Assembly: GCA_023421675.1 (NCBI GenBank)
Contig: JAEZTC010000001.1
Coordinates: 31,388-95,387, forward strand
Direction of reading: 5' to 3'
Length of the DNA stretch: 64,000 nucleotides
DNA from: Bacillota bacterium
GTDB lineage: Bacteria; Bacillota; Clostridia; Acetivibrionales; JANLFN01
A model generated the notes under the pieces. That model was not told the origin of the DNA. It saw only the letters and a list, made by a program, of their open reading frames with translations, and ran no database searches. The stretch's first letter is position 1. Every line of letters starts with the position of its first letter. This document shows positions 29,711-37,644 of this stretch, one piece after another. The position numbers and the translations under genes were made by a program.

Positions 29711-30943
29711 ATGTTTGTAATTTCAAACGAAAACACAAATGTACCTATTAAAATTTGGCTGTCAGATGAAAACAAAATTGAGGAAAGCTGTCTTGAACAG
29801 GCGTACCACCTCGCTAATCTGCCATTTTTACATAAATGGGTTTCATTAATGCCTGATACACATACGGGCATGGGAATGCCAATTGGTGGTGTAATTGCCA
29901 CAACCGGTGTAATAATTCCGAACGCTGTTGGTGTAGATATCGGATGTGGAATGGCTTTTGTCGGAACAGATATTAAGGTCGCTGAAATTCATGAAGTTAT
30001 GACCGGGAACGGTTCACTTCTTCAGGGCATTGTTGGAGACATCCTTCGCAATGTACCAGTCGGCTTTAATCATCATAAGAATATTCAAAGTTGCACCACT
30101 CTTGATGTTGCACTTGATAATATGGATAAATATGAAGCAAATACCGAGCTTGTAGGGCAAATTGATGCTGGCTATTATCAGATTGGGACACTTGGCGGGG
30201 GTAATCACTTTATTGAGTTACAGGAAGATAATGATGGCAATTTTGGTATAATGATTCACTCCGGCAGCCGTAATTTTGGTAAGCAAGTATGTGACTACTT
30301 CCACAAAGCCGCCCGTGATTTAAATCAAAAATGGTATTCAAAGATTCCTGATGAATGGCGGTTGGCATTTTTACCGGTTGATTCAAGTGAGGGTAAACAA
30401 TACATTAACTGGATGAATTTAGCGCTTGATTTTGCTGCTGAAAACCGTTCTAAAATGATGTATGCAGTACGTTCAATCATCGAAAAATGGATTGGCAAAT
30501 ATACGAATATTAGTTTTAACTATGCTGATGAAATAAACTGCCACCATAATTATGCTGCAATTGAACATCATTACGATAAAAATGTATGGGTTCACCGCAA
30601 AGGGGCGACCAGAGCACGACTTGGTGAAATCGCAGTTATTCCAGGTGCAATGGGTTCCTATAGCTATGTGGTTGAAGGTTTAGGGAATGAAATGAGCTTC
30701 TGCTCGTCTTCACACGGGGCAGGTCGTCAATATTCACGCAAAGTTGCAATGCAGAATTTTTCTACTGAACAGGTCATGGTCGATTTGAAAGAGCAGGGTG
30801 TTATTCTCGGGAAGCAAAACAAAGAAGACGTGGCGGAAGAAAGTCGCTTTGCATATAAGGATATAGATGTTGTAATGGAAAATCAACAGGATTTGGTTAA
30901 GCCAATCAAAAAGTTAAAGACTATAGGTGTGGTCAAAGGTTAG
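29711..30943 (+). CDS. rtcB: RNA-splicing ligase RtcB (3'-phosphate/5'-OH RNA ligase)
   Basis: RtcB motifs PDTHTGMGMPIGGV, NAVGVDIGCGM, GGGNHFIEL and the catalytic His in SSHGAGR. AGGAG RBS 9 nt upstream of ATG 29711. Confidence 0.9.
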   Translation: MFVISNENTNVPIKIWLSDENKIEESCLEQAYHLANLPFLHKWVSLMPDTHTGMGMPIGGVIATTGVIIPNAVGVDIGCGMAFVGTDIKVAEIHEVMTGNGSLLQGIVGDILRNVPVGFNHHKNIQSCTTLDVALDNMDKYEANTELVGQIDAGYYQIGTLGGGNHFIELQEDNDGNFGIMIHSGSRNFGKQVCDYFHKAARDLNQKWYSKIPDEWRLAFLPVDSSEGKQYINWMNLALDFAAENRSKMMYAVRSIIEKWIGKYTNISFNYADEINCHHNYAAIEHHYDKNVWVHRKGATRARLGEIAVIPGAMGSYSYVVEGLGNEMSFCSSSHGAGRQYSRKVAMQNFSTEQVMVDLKEQGVILGKQNKEDVAEESRFAYKDIDVVMENQQDLVKPIKKLKTIGVVKG

Positions 30944-31029
30944 GTTTTAGGGTGTTGCAGCCTTATATACAACTGATTTATTCTATGCTAAGGGATCAAA
31001 ATCCTTTGCGGTGCCGTAGCGACTAGCTT

Positions 31030-31094
31030 CACGGTATGCCGGGTAGATCAGAAAAATGACAGACAGTGTCGGAGGTTCGAATCCTCTACCCGTG
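31030..31094 (+). other. tRNA-like element 1 (T-arm GGAGG-TTCGAAT-CCTCT plus enclosing stem), not a canonical tRNA
   Basis: Perfect T-arm at 31071-31087, flanked by CACGG (31030-34) and CCGTG (31090-94). GGGTAGA (31041-31047) is complementary to TCTACCC (31085-31091). No D-arm or anticodon arm can be drawn. Confidence 0.4.
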
Positions 31095-31096
31095 AA

Positions 31097-31197
31097 AGGG
31101 TTAACTCAGTTGGAAGAGTATGTCTAGTTTTAGACTGAAAAGCTAAAACTCAAATGGTAAGCGAGCAGTCGCCTGAGGTTCAAATCCTCAATCAGGG
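31097..31197 (+). other. tRNA-like element 2 (D-arm-like ACTC-AGTTGGAA-GAGT, T-arm TGAGG-TTCAAAT-CCTCA)
   Basis: D-arm-like hairpin at 31104-31119, GTCTA-gttt-TAGAC hairpin, T-arm at 31174-31190, 3' ATCAGGG. No matching 5' acceptor strand. Confidence 0.4.
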
Positions 31198-31453
31198 AAA
31201 AGACCTTTCAAGTCTATTCACAAATGGTAGAAATCAAAAATGTCCGGCAAGAGATGGACTGGAAACCATATCATCTTTTGCAACGATTAGCCAGCCAGTG
31301 GTGAAAAGGATACCGTTTGTTTCAGGATTGTTCCATAACGTTCAAGTGATGAATGTACACCGGACAATGACGGAAAAACTTCAATTTTTACCCCGCAGGA
31401 AAAGCGTGGACATTTTTGATAGAAACCGAAATTAAAAGGAAAGAGGTAATAAA

Positions 31454-32548
31454 ATGAAGATTGTTATTAATGAAAATGAACGCGGCTTTTTATTTAAGAA
31501 TGGTACATATCGTAAATTGCTATTACCTGGAAAACATCATATTTACAGGTGTTTTGGAGAATCATATGCACGAACTGATGTTGCAAAGCATGTGCAGGTT
31601 GCCAATACGGATATCGCTGTACTGTTAAAAGATAAATTATTTGCAGAAAGCGTTACAAGAATTGATGTTCCTGATGGATTTGTCGCCATACGAATGGAGG
31701 ACAGCAGAATTACAAGCACTCTACAGCCTGGAACATATTGTTTCTGGAACTGCTACCGAACTCAAAGTTTCAAATTAATTGATATTTCAAAGCCCGAGGT
31801 AACCGATTTGACACGCGAACAGTTAATGGCTGTGCCACGCAATATGTACGCAAAAATTGAAATACCGGAAGGTGAGACAGGTTTGCTGTTTTTTGACGGC
31901 AAGCTAGAGCGCAAACTTGAAAGTGGCAGCTATTACTTCTGGAATAGTATGACGAAAATTACATGCCAGAACATTGATATGCGTGCACAGCAGCTTGACA
32001 TTGCTGGTCAGGAGATCCTGACAGCAGATAAAGTGTCGCTGAGGCTTAACTTTGTATGCACCTACAGAATCACTGATGCAGTCAAAATCGTCAGCGATAT
32101 CAGGGACTACAAAGCACAGATTTATACTATGACACAGCTTGCTCTGCGTGAATATGTCGGCAAGTTTCGTTTCGACGAATTGTTGGAGCAAAAGGACTCC
32201 ATCGCCGCTTTTGTTCTGGAACAATTAAGGGCTAAACAGGACGCGTTGTTTGTGGAATTTTTCGATGCTGGTTTGAAGGATATTATTTTGCCTGGAGAAA
32301 TCCGTGACATTATGAACACTGTGTTGATCGCCGAAAAAAATGCACAGGCTAATGTGATTGCTCGCCGCGAGGAGGTTGCATCTACCAGAAGCTTACTGAA
32401 TACTGCTAAGTTGATGGAGGAAAATGCTACACTTTATAAACTGAAAGAGATGGAATATCTTGAAAAAATCTGCGACAGGGTTGGAAACATTTCAGTTGGT
32501 GGAGGAAACTTACTGACCGAACTGCGTGGGATTTTGAGTTCAAAATAA
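31454..32548 (+). CDS. SPFH/band-7 (stomatin-prohibitin-like) domain protein
   Basis: C-terminal half aligns with the SPFH domain (VSLRLNFVCTYRITDAVKIV...AQANVIARREEVASTRSL). RBS is AAAGGAAAGAGG. Confidence 0.7.
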   Translation: MKIVINENERGFLFKNGTYRKLLLPGKHHIYRCFGESYARTDVAKHVQVANTDIAVLLKDKLFAESVTRIDVPDGFVAIRMEDSRITSTLQPGTYCFWNCYRTQSFKLIDISKPEVTDLTREQLMAVPRNMYAKIEIPEGETGLLFFDGKLERKLESGSYYFWNSMTKITCQNIDMRAQQLDIAGQEILTADKVSLRLNFVCTYRITDAVKIVSDIRDYKAQIYTMTQLALREYVGKFRFDELLEQKDSIAAFVLEQLRAKQDALFVEFFDAGLKDIILPGEIRDIMNTVLIAEKNAQANVIARREEVASTRSLLNTAKLMEENATLYKLKEMEYLEKICDRVGNISVGGGNLLTELRGILSSK

Positions 32549-32578
32549 ATGTCTAAAGTGATAACAACAATTCAAAAT

Positions 32579-32625
32579 AACAGGACTGTTTCTTTACTAT
32601 TGATGGCAAAGTGAACAGTCCTGTT
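32579..32625 (+). terminator. long hairpin (possible terminator) after the SPFH gene
   Basis: AACAGGACTGTT and AACAGTCCTGTT (12-bp stem, 23-nt loop). Weak T-tract. Confidence 0.35.
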
Positions 32626-32836
32626 TAATTGGAAATGTATGTTAATAACTTTGGAATTGGTTATTTTTTGTTGATTTTTAATCTATATAATATATTCCAC
32701 AATATTAACAAATGTATCAAGAGTGTAATATTAATATATCCGTTTACATCAAGTTCTTCCCTGTCGGTTATACCCTTATTAAGAGTACAAAGTAGTACGG
32801 CACATTCTTAAAAATTTACATTTTTTAGATAAACAC

Positions 32837-32867
32837 TTGACACTTACCTTACGTAAGATGTTACGAT
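32837..32867 (+). promoter_or_regulatory. MerR-type promoter with 19-bp spacer and operator palindrome
   Basis: TTGACA (32837-42), 19-nt spacer containing the perfect palindrome CTTACGTAAG (32848-57), -10-like TACGAT (32862-67). Lies 25 nt upstream of the MerR gene. Confidence 0.55.
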
Positions 32868-32891
32868 TAACGCGGAAGGCAGGTAATTATT

Positions 32892-33614
32892 ATGAAAATT
32901 AAGCAGGTATGCGATAGTACAGGTCTGTCTGAACGCACGATACGCTTTTATATTGAGAAAGGGCTTATACAGCCTCAAAGCTGTGAACAGAATCGGCGTA
33001 CATACTATGAGTTTGGAGAAGATGATGTTCGACAAACCGAGCAGATTGCAATACTACGGAAAATAGGCTTTTCCATTGCCGAAATTCTAACTATGAAAAA
33101 TGAACCTGAGTGCATTGGTTCCATTATAGAAGAACACCTGATTTCGTTGGAGGAGAGTGCAAGAAAACAGGCTGAAGCCTTGACAGCAGTACAAAATGCT
33201 GTTGGCAGTCAATACCCCAGCCTGTCAGCGCTATGTGCCGTACTTACTGAAAGCGCTGAACATCTTGAATTACCGCAACGTGATGTATGGCCGCATTTCG
33301 CTCAATTTGATGAGGAAACACCCGAGGAGCGCGAAAAATCCTACCAGAGTTTTTTAGACCGGCATAACCGGAAGGAGAAAAGACTCAAGTGGCTGAAACC
33401 CGCTCTGCTTTCCCTGTGCGCGGCTGCACTTATTTTCGGGGTAGTCATTGGTGTCAGCTACATACCTCGCCATATTCAAAGAGAGTTTTTGGGAAGTGAG
33501 TTGGAGATGGCGGTGAAGGTTCAAAACTACTTAAAAAAACGGATATTCATATCGAAGGATGGTTATATGGAGGATTGTTTACAACGCCAAGCTTCAAGGG
33601 GGTATTTGAACTGA
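32892..33614 (+). CDS. MerR-family transcriptional regulator with C-terminal transmembrane anchor
   Basis: N-terminal MerR HTH (MKIKQVCDSTGLSERTIRFYIEKGLI). Predicted TM helix LKPALLSLCAAALIFGVVIGV. Confidence 0.8.
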   Translation: MKIKQVCDSTGLSERTIRFYIEKGLIQPQSCEQNRRTYYEFGEDDVRQTEQIAILRKIGFSIAEILTMKNEPECIGSIIEEHLISLEESARKQAEALTAVQNAVGSQYPSLSALCAVLTESAEHLELPQRDVWPHFAQFDEETPEEREKSYQSFLDRHNRKEKRLKWLKPALLSLCAAALIFGVVIGVSYIPRHIQREFLGSELEMAVKVQNYLKKRIFISKDGYMEDCLQRQASRGYLN

Positions 33615-33940
33615 GCACATATCCGTTTACACACGATACTCAGGTTGAAATACCCTTTCTACATGATAAAGGGGATGTATGTCCAATTGTTTATTGTTAT
33701 TATAAGGATGGTTTACCGCATACAAGTAGTTTGGGAATGCTTTATACCGATAGCAATTTTCGTTCAGTAGCTATCCAGCTATTCGATAAGAAGAAAAACG
33801 GTGACGGAATCGAAAGCGGCTCAATAGGAAACCGTGTCATTGCTGCTCCGGCAAGTGATTTGCAAATGGCTTCTTCAGTCTTGGATGAACGTAATATCTA
33901 CTGGATGGATTTCAAAGGCGTATACCATTATCCAAGATAA
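33575..33940 (+). CDS. hypothetical protein (overlaps the MerR gene 3' end; start uncertain)
   Basis: 121-aa tracked ORF. No recognisable motifs and no clear RBS. Confidence 0.3.
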   Translation: MFTTPSFKGVFELSTYPFTHDTQVEIPFLHDKGDVCPIVYCYYKDGLPHTSSLGMLYTDSNFRSVAIQLFDKKKNGDGIESGSIGNRVIAAPASDLQMASSVLDERNIYWMDFKGVYHYPR

Positions 33941-34061
33941 CAGAATCTCAAAATAAATTCAAAAATGCAATTATTATTTGCATATACACCATATTTGATG
34001 TAAAATATAATTGTGAATACATCAAAAGTGGTGTATAAACATGTAATACAGGAGAAATACT

Positions 34062-34409
34062 ATGAATGTACATCATTATGAAACAAGGGGAGGCAAAGAC
34101 ATAATCCTTGAGTATATTGACGAGCTTCCCAAAAATGAAAAAGCAGAGGGGTTAACAATTCTTGAAAAACTTGAGGATGAAGGATTCGCAGCACTTGATG
34201 TACTAAATACGAGACAACTCAGGGCAAAGCTCTGGGAAATCAAGTTTTATGATAATAATAGGATTATGTATGTTATAGCAGACGGGGAAAATATGTATTT
34301 GGTTCATGTTTGTAAAAAGCAGAAGGGTAAAGCTGAAAGGTTTGAATTGGATAAAGCAATAAAAAGAGTCAGGGAACTGGAAACGGAACTGGGCAAGAGA
34401 TTTATTTGA
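34062..34409 (+). CDS. type II toxin, RelE/ParE superfamily (HigB / Gp49-like, DUF891-type)
   Basis: LRAKLWEIKFYDNNRIMYVIADGENMYLVHVCKKQKGKAE matches the Gp49/HigB-like killer fold pattern. Followed 22 nt later by an XRE-HTH gene. RBS is CAGGAGAAA. Confidence 0.65.
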   Translation: MNVHHYETRGGKDIILEYIDELPKNEKAEGLTILEKLEDEGFAALDVLNTRQLRAKLWEIKFYDNNRIMYVIADGENMYLVHVCKKQKGKAERFELDKAIKRVRELETELGKRFI

Positions 34410-34430
34410 ATGAATGAGAGGTGAATACCC

Positions 34431-34745
34431 ATGCCGTTTAAAAAAGTCAATGTTAAGGAAGAAATCAACAAAAGGCTGGAAAATGACGTAGAACTTAAGA
34501 AAGCATATGCTAATGCACAGCATGAGTATGAAGTTATCAAGCAGCTTGTAAAAATAAGAAATGAAATGGGTTTTTCCCAAAGTGATGTTGCAAGGCAGTC
34601 CGGATTGACACAGCAGATGGTTTCCAGGATTGAAACCGTAGATAACTCCCCCACGCTCAGGAACTTTATAAAGTATGTAGACAGCCTGGGCTTGGAAATC
34701 AGGATTGAGAAAAAGGATGCAAAAATGGAGTGCGGAAAGGTGTAG
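34431..34745 (+). CDS. HTH XRE-family antitoxin (HigA-like)
   Basis: HTH segment LVKIRNEMGFSQSDVARQSGLTQQMVSRIE. RBS is GAGAGGTGA. Confidence 0.7.
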   Translation: MPFKKVNVKEEINKRLENDVELKKAYANAQHEYEVIKQLVKIRNEMGFSQSDVARQSGLTQQMVSRIETVDNSPTLRNFIKYVDSLGLEIRIEKKDAKMECGKV

Positions 34746-34768
34746 GTTTGGAGAGGGCGGAAAGGATG

Positions 34769-34800
34769 GAACAGGGTGAACCTGTTCTCTTTTTATTTTG
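34769..34800 (+). terminator. rho-independent terminator after the TA pair
   Basis: GAACAGG-gtgaa-CCTGTTC stem followed by TCTTTTTATTTT. Confidence 0.8.
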
Positions 34801-34834
34801 TATGGAAATCGGAAGGGGTGTCGAACCTAGCGGC
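34787..34834. repeat. right boundary direct repeat (DR-R) of the island
   Basis: CTCTTTTTATTTTGTATGGAAATCGGAAGGGGTGTCGAACCTAGCGGC. The 28-mer is identical to DR-L. Also begins in a terminator T-tract. Confidence 0.8.
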
Positions 34835-35066
34835 AAGAAAAGAATTTTAAGCTTTTAAACAATAAAGTCATGAAACAGAGTCTTATAAATAACCTTTATC
34901 ATTATGTTAAAAATAAATAGCTTTACCGTTATATGGTGAAAAGTTGTATCTTTTAGAGCGAATGGGCAAAAAATGAATAAAATCATTCTAAAATAGTCCA
35001 TATTAATCCTTGAATCATACTCGAGTATGGAATAGTATATATATAACCATTTAATGGGAGGGCGCT

Positions 35067-35192
35067 ATGCAACAAATTACATTTTTAATAGCTTATATTC
35101 TGGGTCTTGCCTTAAATATTGCAATTGTATATTTTATTGTTAAACTTATTATACGTTACCTAGAGAAGGTAAGAAGTAGTAAAGCAAAATAA
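35067..35192 (+). CDS. 41-aa hydrophobic peptide (type-I-toxin-like; not in the ORF track)
   Basis: MQQITFLIAYILGLALNIAIVYFIVKLIIRYLEKVRSSKAK. One TM helix plus a basic tail. Strong RBS GGGAGGG 5 nt upstream. Confidence 0.45.
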   Translation: MQQITFLIAYILGLALNIAIVYFIVKLIIRYLEKVRSSKAK

Positions 35193-35256
35193 TACTTTAT
35201 TCTGTAAATATTGACATTATTTGCTTATGGGTGTATTATATTTACAAAAAGCAGAA

Positions 35257-35302
35257 ACCTCCTAGATTAAAATTCTTTTGCGGAGATCCCTTAATCTAGG
35301 AG
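35257..35302. repeat. perfect 13-bp inverted repeat with 20-nt spacer
   Basis: CCTCCTAGATTAA (35257-69) and TTAATCTAGGAGG (35290-302). No T-tract follows. Confidence 0.7.
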
Positions 35303-35902
35303 GTAACACCCCTTCCAATAATTGAAAGGTAATTCTATTATATACCTTATTTTTGGCAAATTTTAATCATGCTTTTTGGCAAATAAGATTCCCTAGAAGA
35401 TTAATAATAACACACAATGGTCAAAACATTTAGGTCTTAGGGGTCTTCCACCCCCCAAACCCCTGGAAAACCAATACAAGGCATTAAAGAAAATCATTTA
35501 ATATCTTTGTTTAAATTAATTGCCAGTTTTATAACGAAAGTTATTTACCAAACCGATGAACTTCCTGTCTCATTTGAAAAACGGGAACCCCGACGACTTA
35601 GAATACAGAAAGCTACTTGTTATAGCGTCTATATTTACATCAACGATAATGGAGGCCATAATGCAACCGTAATATTCAATGTGGGCAACCAGCCGCCCAT
35701 ACATGTGGATGTGTCTCTATTGGATGAAATACAGGGCAATAGTGGTTCTTATGCGTCCCTGTTGCCTCCACAATACTAGAAAACCAAGTGCTTCAGATAA
35801 ACTGAGATGCTTGGTTTCTTATTTTGTCCGGTTTTAAAGGAATATAGATTCGAATATAAATTAAGGTCTGAACCCGTGCCCGGAATCAGACCTTTGATAA
35901 CA

Positions 35903-36661
35903 TTAAACAGATGTATATCCCCCATCAACTTTTATATTCTGACCGGTAATATAGGAAGCTTCATCACTTGCAAGGAAAATAGCGGCAGGGTTTAATTCGC
36001 CCTCATTGCCATAACGCCCAAGCGGGACAGATGATTTCATGAAATTGGTAAATGCCTCGGTTTTTAATGTATCAATTGTCAATTCTGTTTCGAAGTATCC
36101 GGGGCTAATAGCATTGCAGGTAATATTATATCTGGCTAATTCAGCTGCTACAGCTCTGGTAAAATTAATAACGCCGCCTTTGGATGAATGATATGCGACC
36201 GTATCCATGACAGTATTACCAACCTGTCCATATATGGAAGCGATATTAATAATTCGGCCATACTTGTTTTCAACCATATTTTTTGAGAACGCTCTTGTTA
36301 CTTTGAATACGCTGGTTAAATCTGCATCGATGGTGAATTTCCAGTCATCATCGGTCATATCCAGTATGCCCGCGTTTTTTGCGGCTCCTGCATTATTGAC
36401 CAGAATATCTACTTTCCCGTACTCTTTAATTGCAGCTTCAGCTGCTTTGTTTACATCTTCCGTTTTTGTAACATCACATTGTATGGGGAGGCACCTGACT
36501 CCTTTAGACCTGAAATCAGCAGCTATTGCCTCCAGTCTTTCAATTCTTCTGGCCATGAGAACCAAATCGGCACCCTGCCCCGCAAAACCATGCGCCATCT
36601 GAAGACCTAAACCTGAAGAAGCCCCTGTCACTACAACTACGCGATTTTTTAGCGAAAACAT
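35903..36661 (-). CDS. SDR-family oxidoreductase (FabG-like)
   Basis: VVVVTGASSGLG, NNAG and YHSSKGG motifs. AGGAGGG RBS before ATG 36661; the tracked ORF extends 7 codons further upstream. Confidence 0.85.
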   Translation of the reverse strand: MFSLKNRVVVVTGASSGLGLQMAHGFAGQGADLVLMARRIERLEAIAADFRSKGVRCLPIQCDVTKTEDVNKAAEAAIKEYGKVDILVNNAGAAKNAGILDMTDDDWKFTIDADLTSVFKVTRAFSKNMVENKYGRIINIASIYGQVGNTVMDTVAYHSSKGGVINFTRAVAAELARYNITCNAISPGYFETELTIDTLKTEAFTNFMKSSVPLGRYGNEGELNPAAIFLASDEASYITGQNIKVDGGYTSV

Positions 36662-36868
36662 AATATCCCTCCTAAAACACAAACGATTATAATTACTATT
36701 CGTTCAATGAATACTAATTATTAATACCCATTTAGTTAAAATTTATATCATGATAATAACCTTGTCACTCAACATTAATTTGAACATGCTGATAAAACAA
36801 TGTATGATAAAGACTAGATTACTTTGGAAAAGATAATAGTTGAAATACATTTAAAAAAGGGGAATATA

Positions 36869-37606
36869 ATGAAAAACTACAAGCTAATTGTCCAATATGA
36901 TGGGAGCAGGTATAAAGGCTGGCAAAAGTTTAAAGATAGTGATCTTTCAATCCAGGAAAAGATAGAAACAGTACTTGCTAAGATGGCAGGAGAAGAAATT
37001 CATGTAATAGGTTGCGGAAGTACAGATGCAGGCACTCATGCCGAAAGTTACGTAGCAAATTTTCACACAAATTCAACATTGTCACCTAAACTTATATTAA
37101 ACTACCTTTATGAATTTTTACCCGAGGATATTGTAGTAAAATCAGTAGAAGAAGTGGATGAAAGATTCCACGCACAACACAATATGAAATCAAAAACTTA
37201 TGTATATAGCATTACTAAGGGGAAATTTAGAAATGTATTTAATAGAAAGTATTCTTTTCACTCAGATGAGAGGCTTGATCTTACTCAAATGAGAAATGCA
37301 TCTGAATATTTAATTGGAACCCATGATTTTCAAAGCTTTACCAGCCTAAAAGAGAGCTCAAAATCCACAGTAAAAACTATAAATTCTTTAGATATTATTG
37401 AAAATGGTATGTTAATTGAGATTGTAATAAATAGTAATGACTTTTTGCTTCATATGGCAAGGTTGATTGCCGGAGCTCTTATAGAGGTTGGCAAAAATAA
37501 AATAAAAGCTGCAGATATCCAAAAAATATTAGCTGAGAAAAAACGTACAGAAGCAATACCAATGGCTCAGCCAAAGGGTCTTTGCTTAAGAGAGGTTCAA
37601 TATTAA
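36869..37606 (+). CDS. truA: tRNA pseudouridine(38-40) synthase
   Basis: MKNYKLIVQYDGSRYKGWQ TruA signature. RBS is AAAAGGGGAA. Confidence 0.85.
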   Translation: MKNYKLIVQYDGSRYKGWQKFKDSDLSIQEKIETVLAKMAGEEIHVIGCGSTDAGTHAESYVANFHTNSTLSPKLILNYLYEFLPEDIVVKSVEEVDERFHAQHNMKSKTYVYSITKGKFRNVFNRKYSFHSDERLDLTQMRNASEYLIGTHDFQSFTSLKESSKSTVKTINSLDIIENGMLIEIVINSNDFLLHMARLIAGALIEVGKNKIKAADIQKILAEKKRTEAIPMAQPKGLCLREVQY

Positions 37607-37644
37607 GCCGCAGTTGACGGCAACTGTAAAGGAAAACATGACAT

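Noticed and set aside
31030-31197. The tRNA-like elements as functional tRNA genes
   Set aside because: T-arms are perfect, but no 7-bp acceptor stem with a properly spaced D-arm and anticodon arm can be drawn. Element 1 has only about 21 nt between acceptor and T-arm. Element 2 has a 38-nt insert and no 5' acceptor partner.
31154-31435. 93-aa ORF downstream of rtcB
   Set aside because: No RBS, overlaps the tRNA-like elements, and has low-complexity composition. More likely a non-coding leader or ncRNA region.
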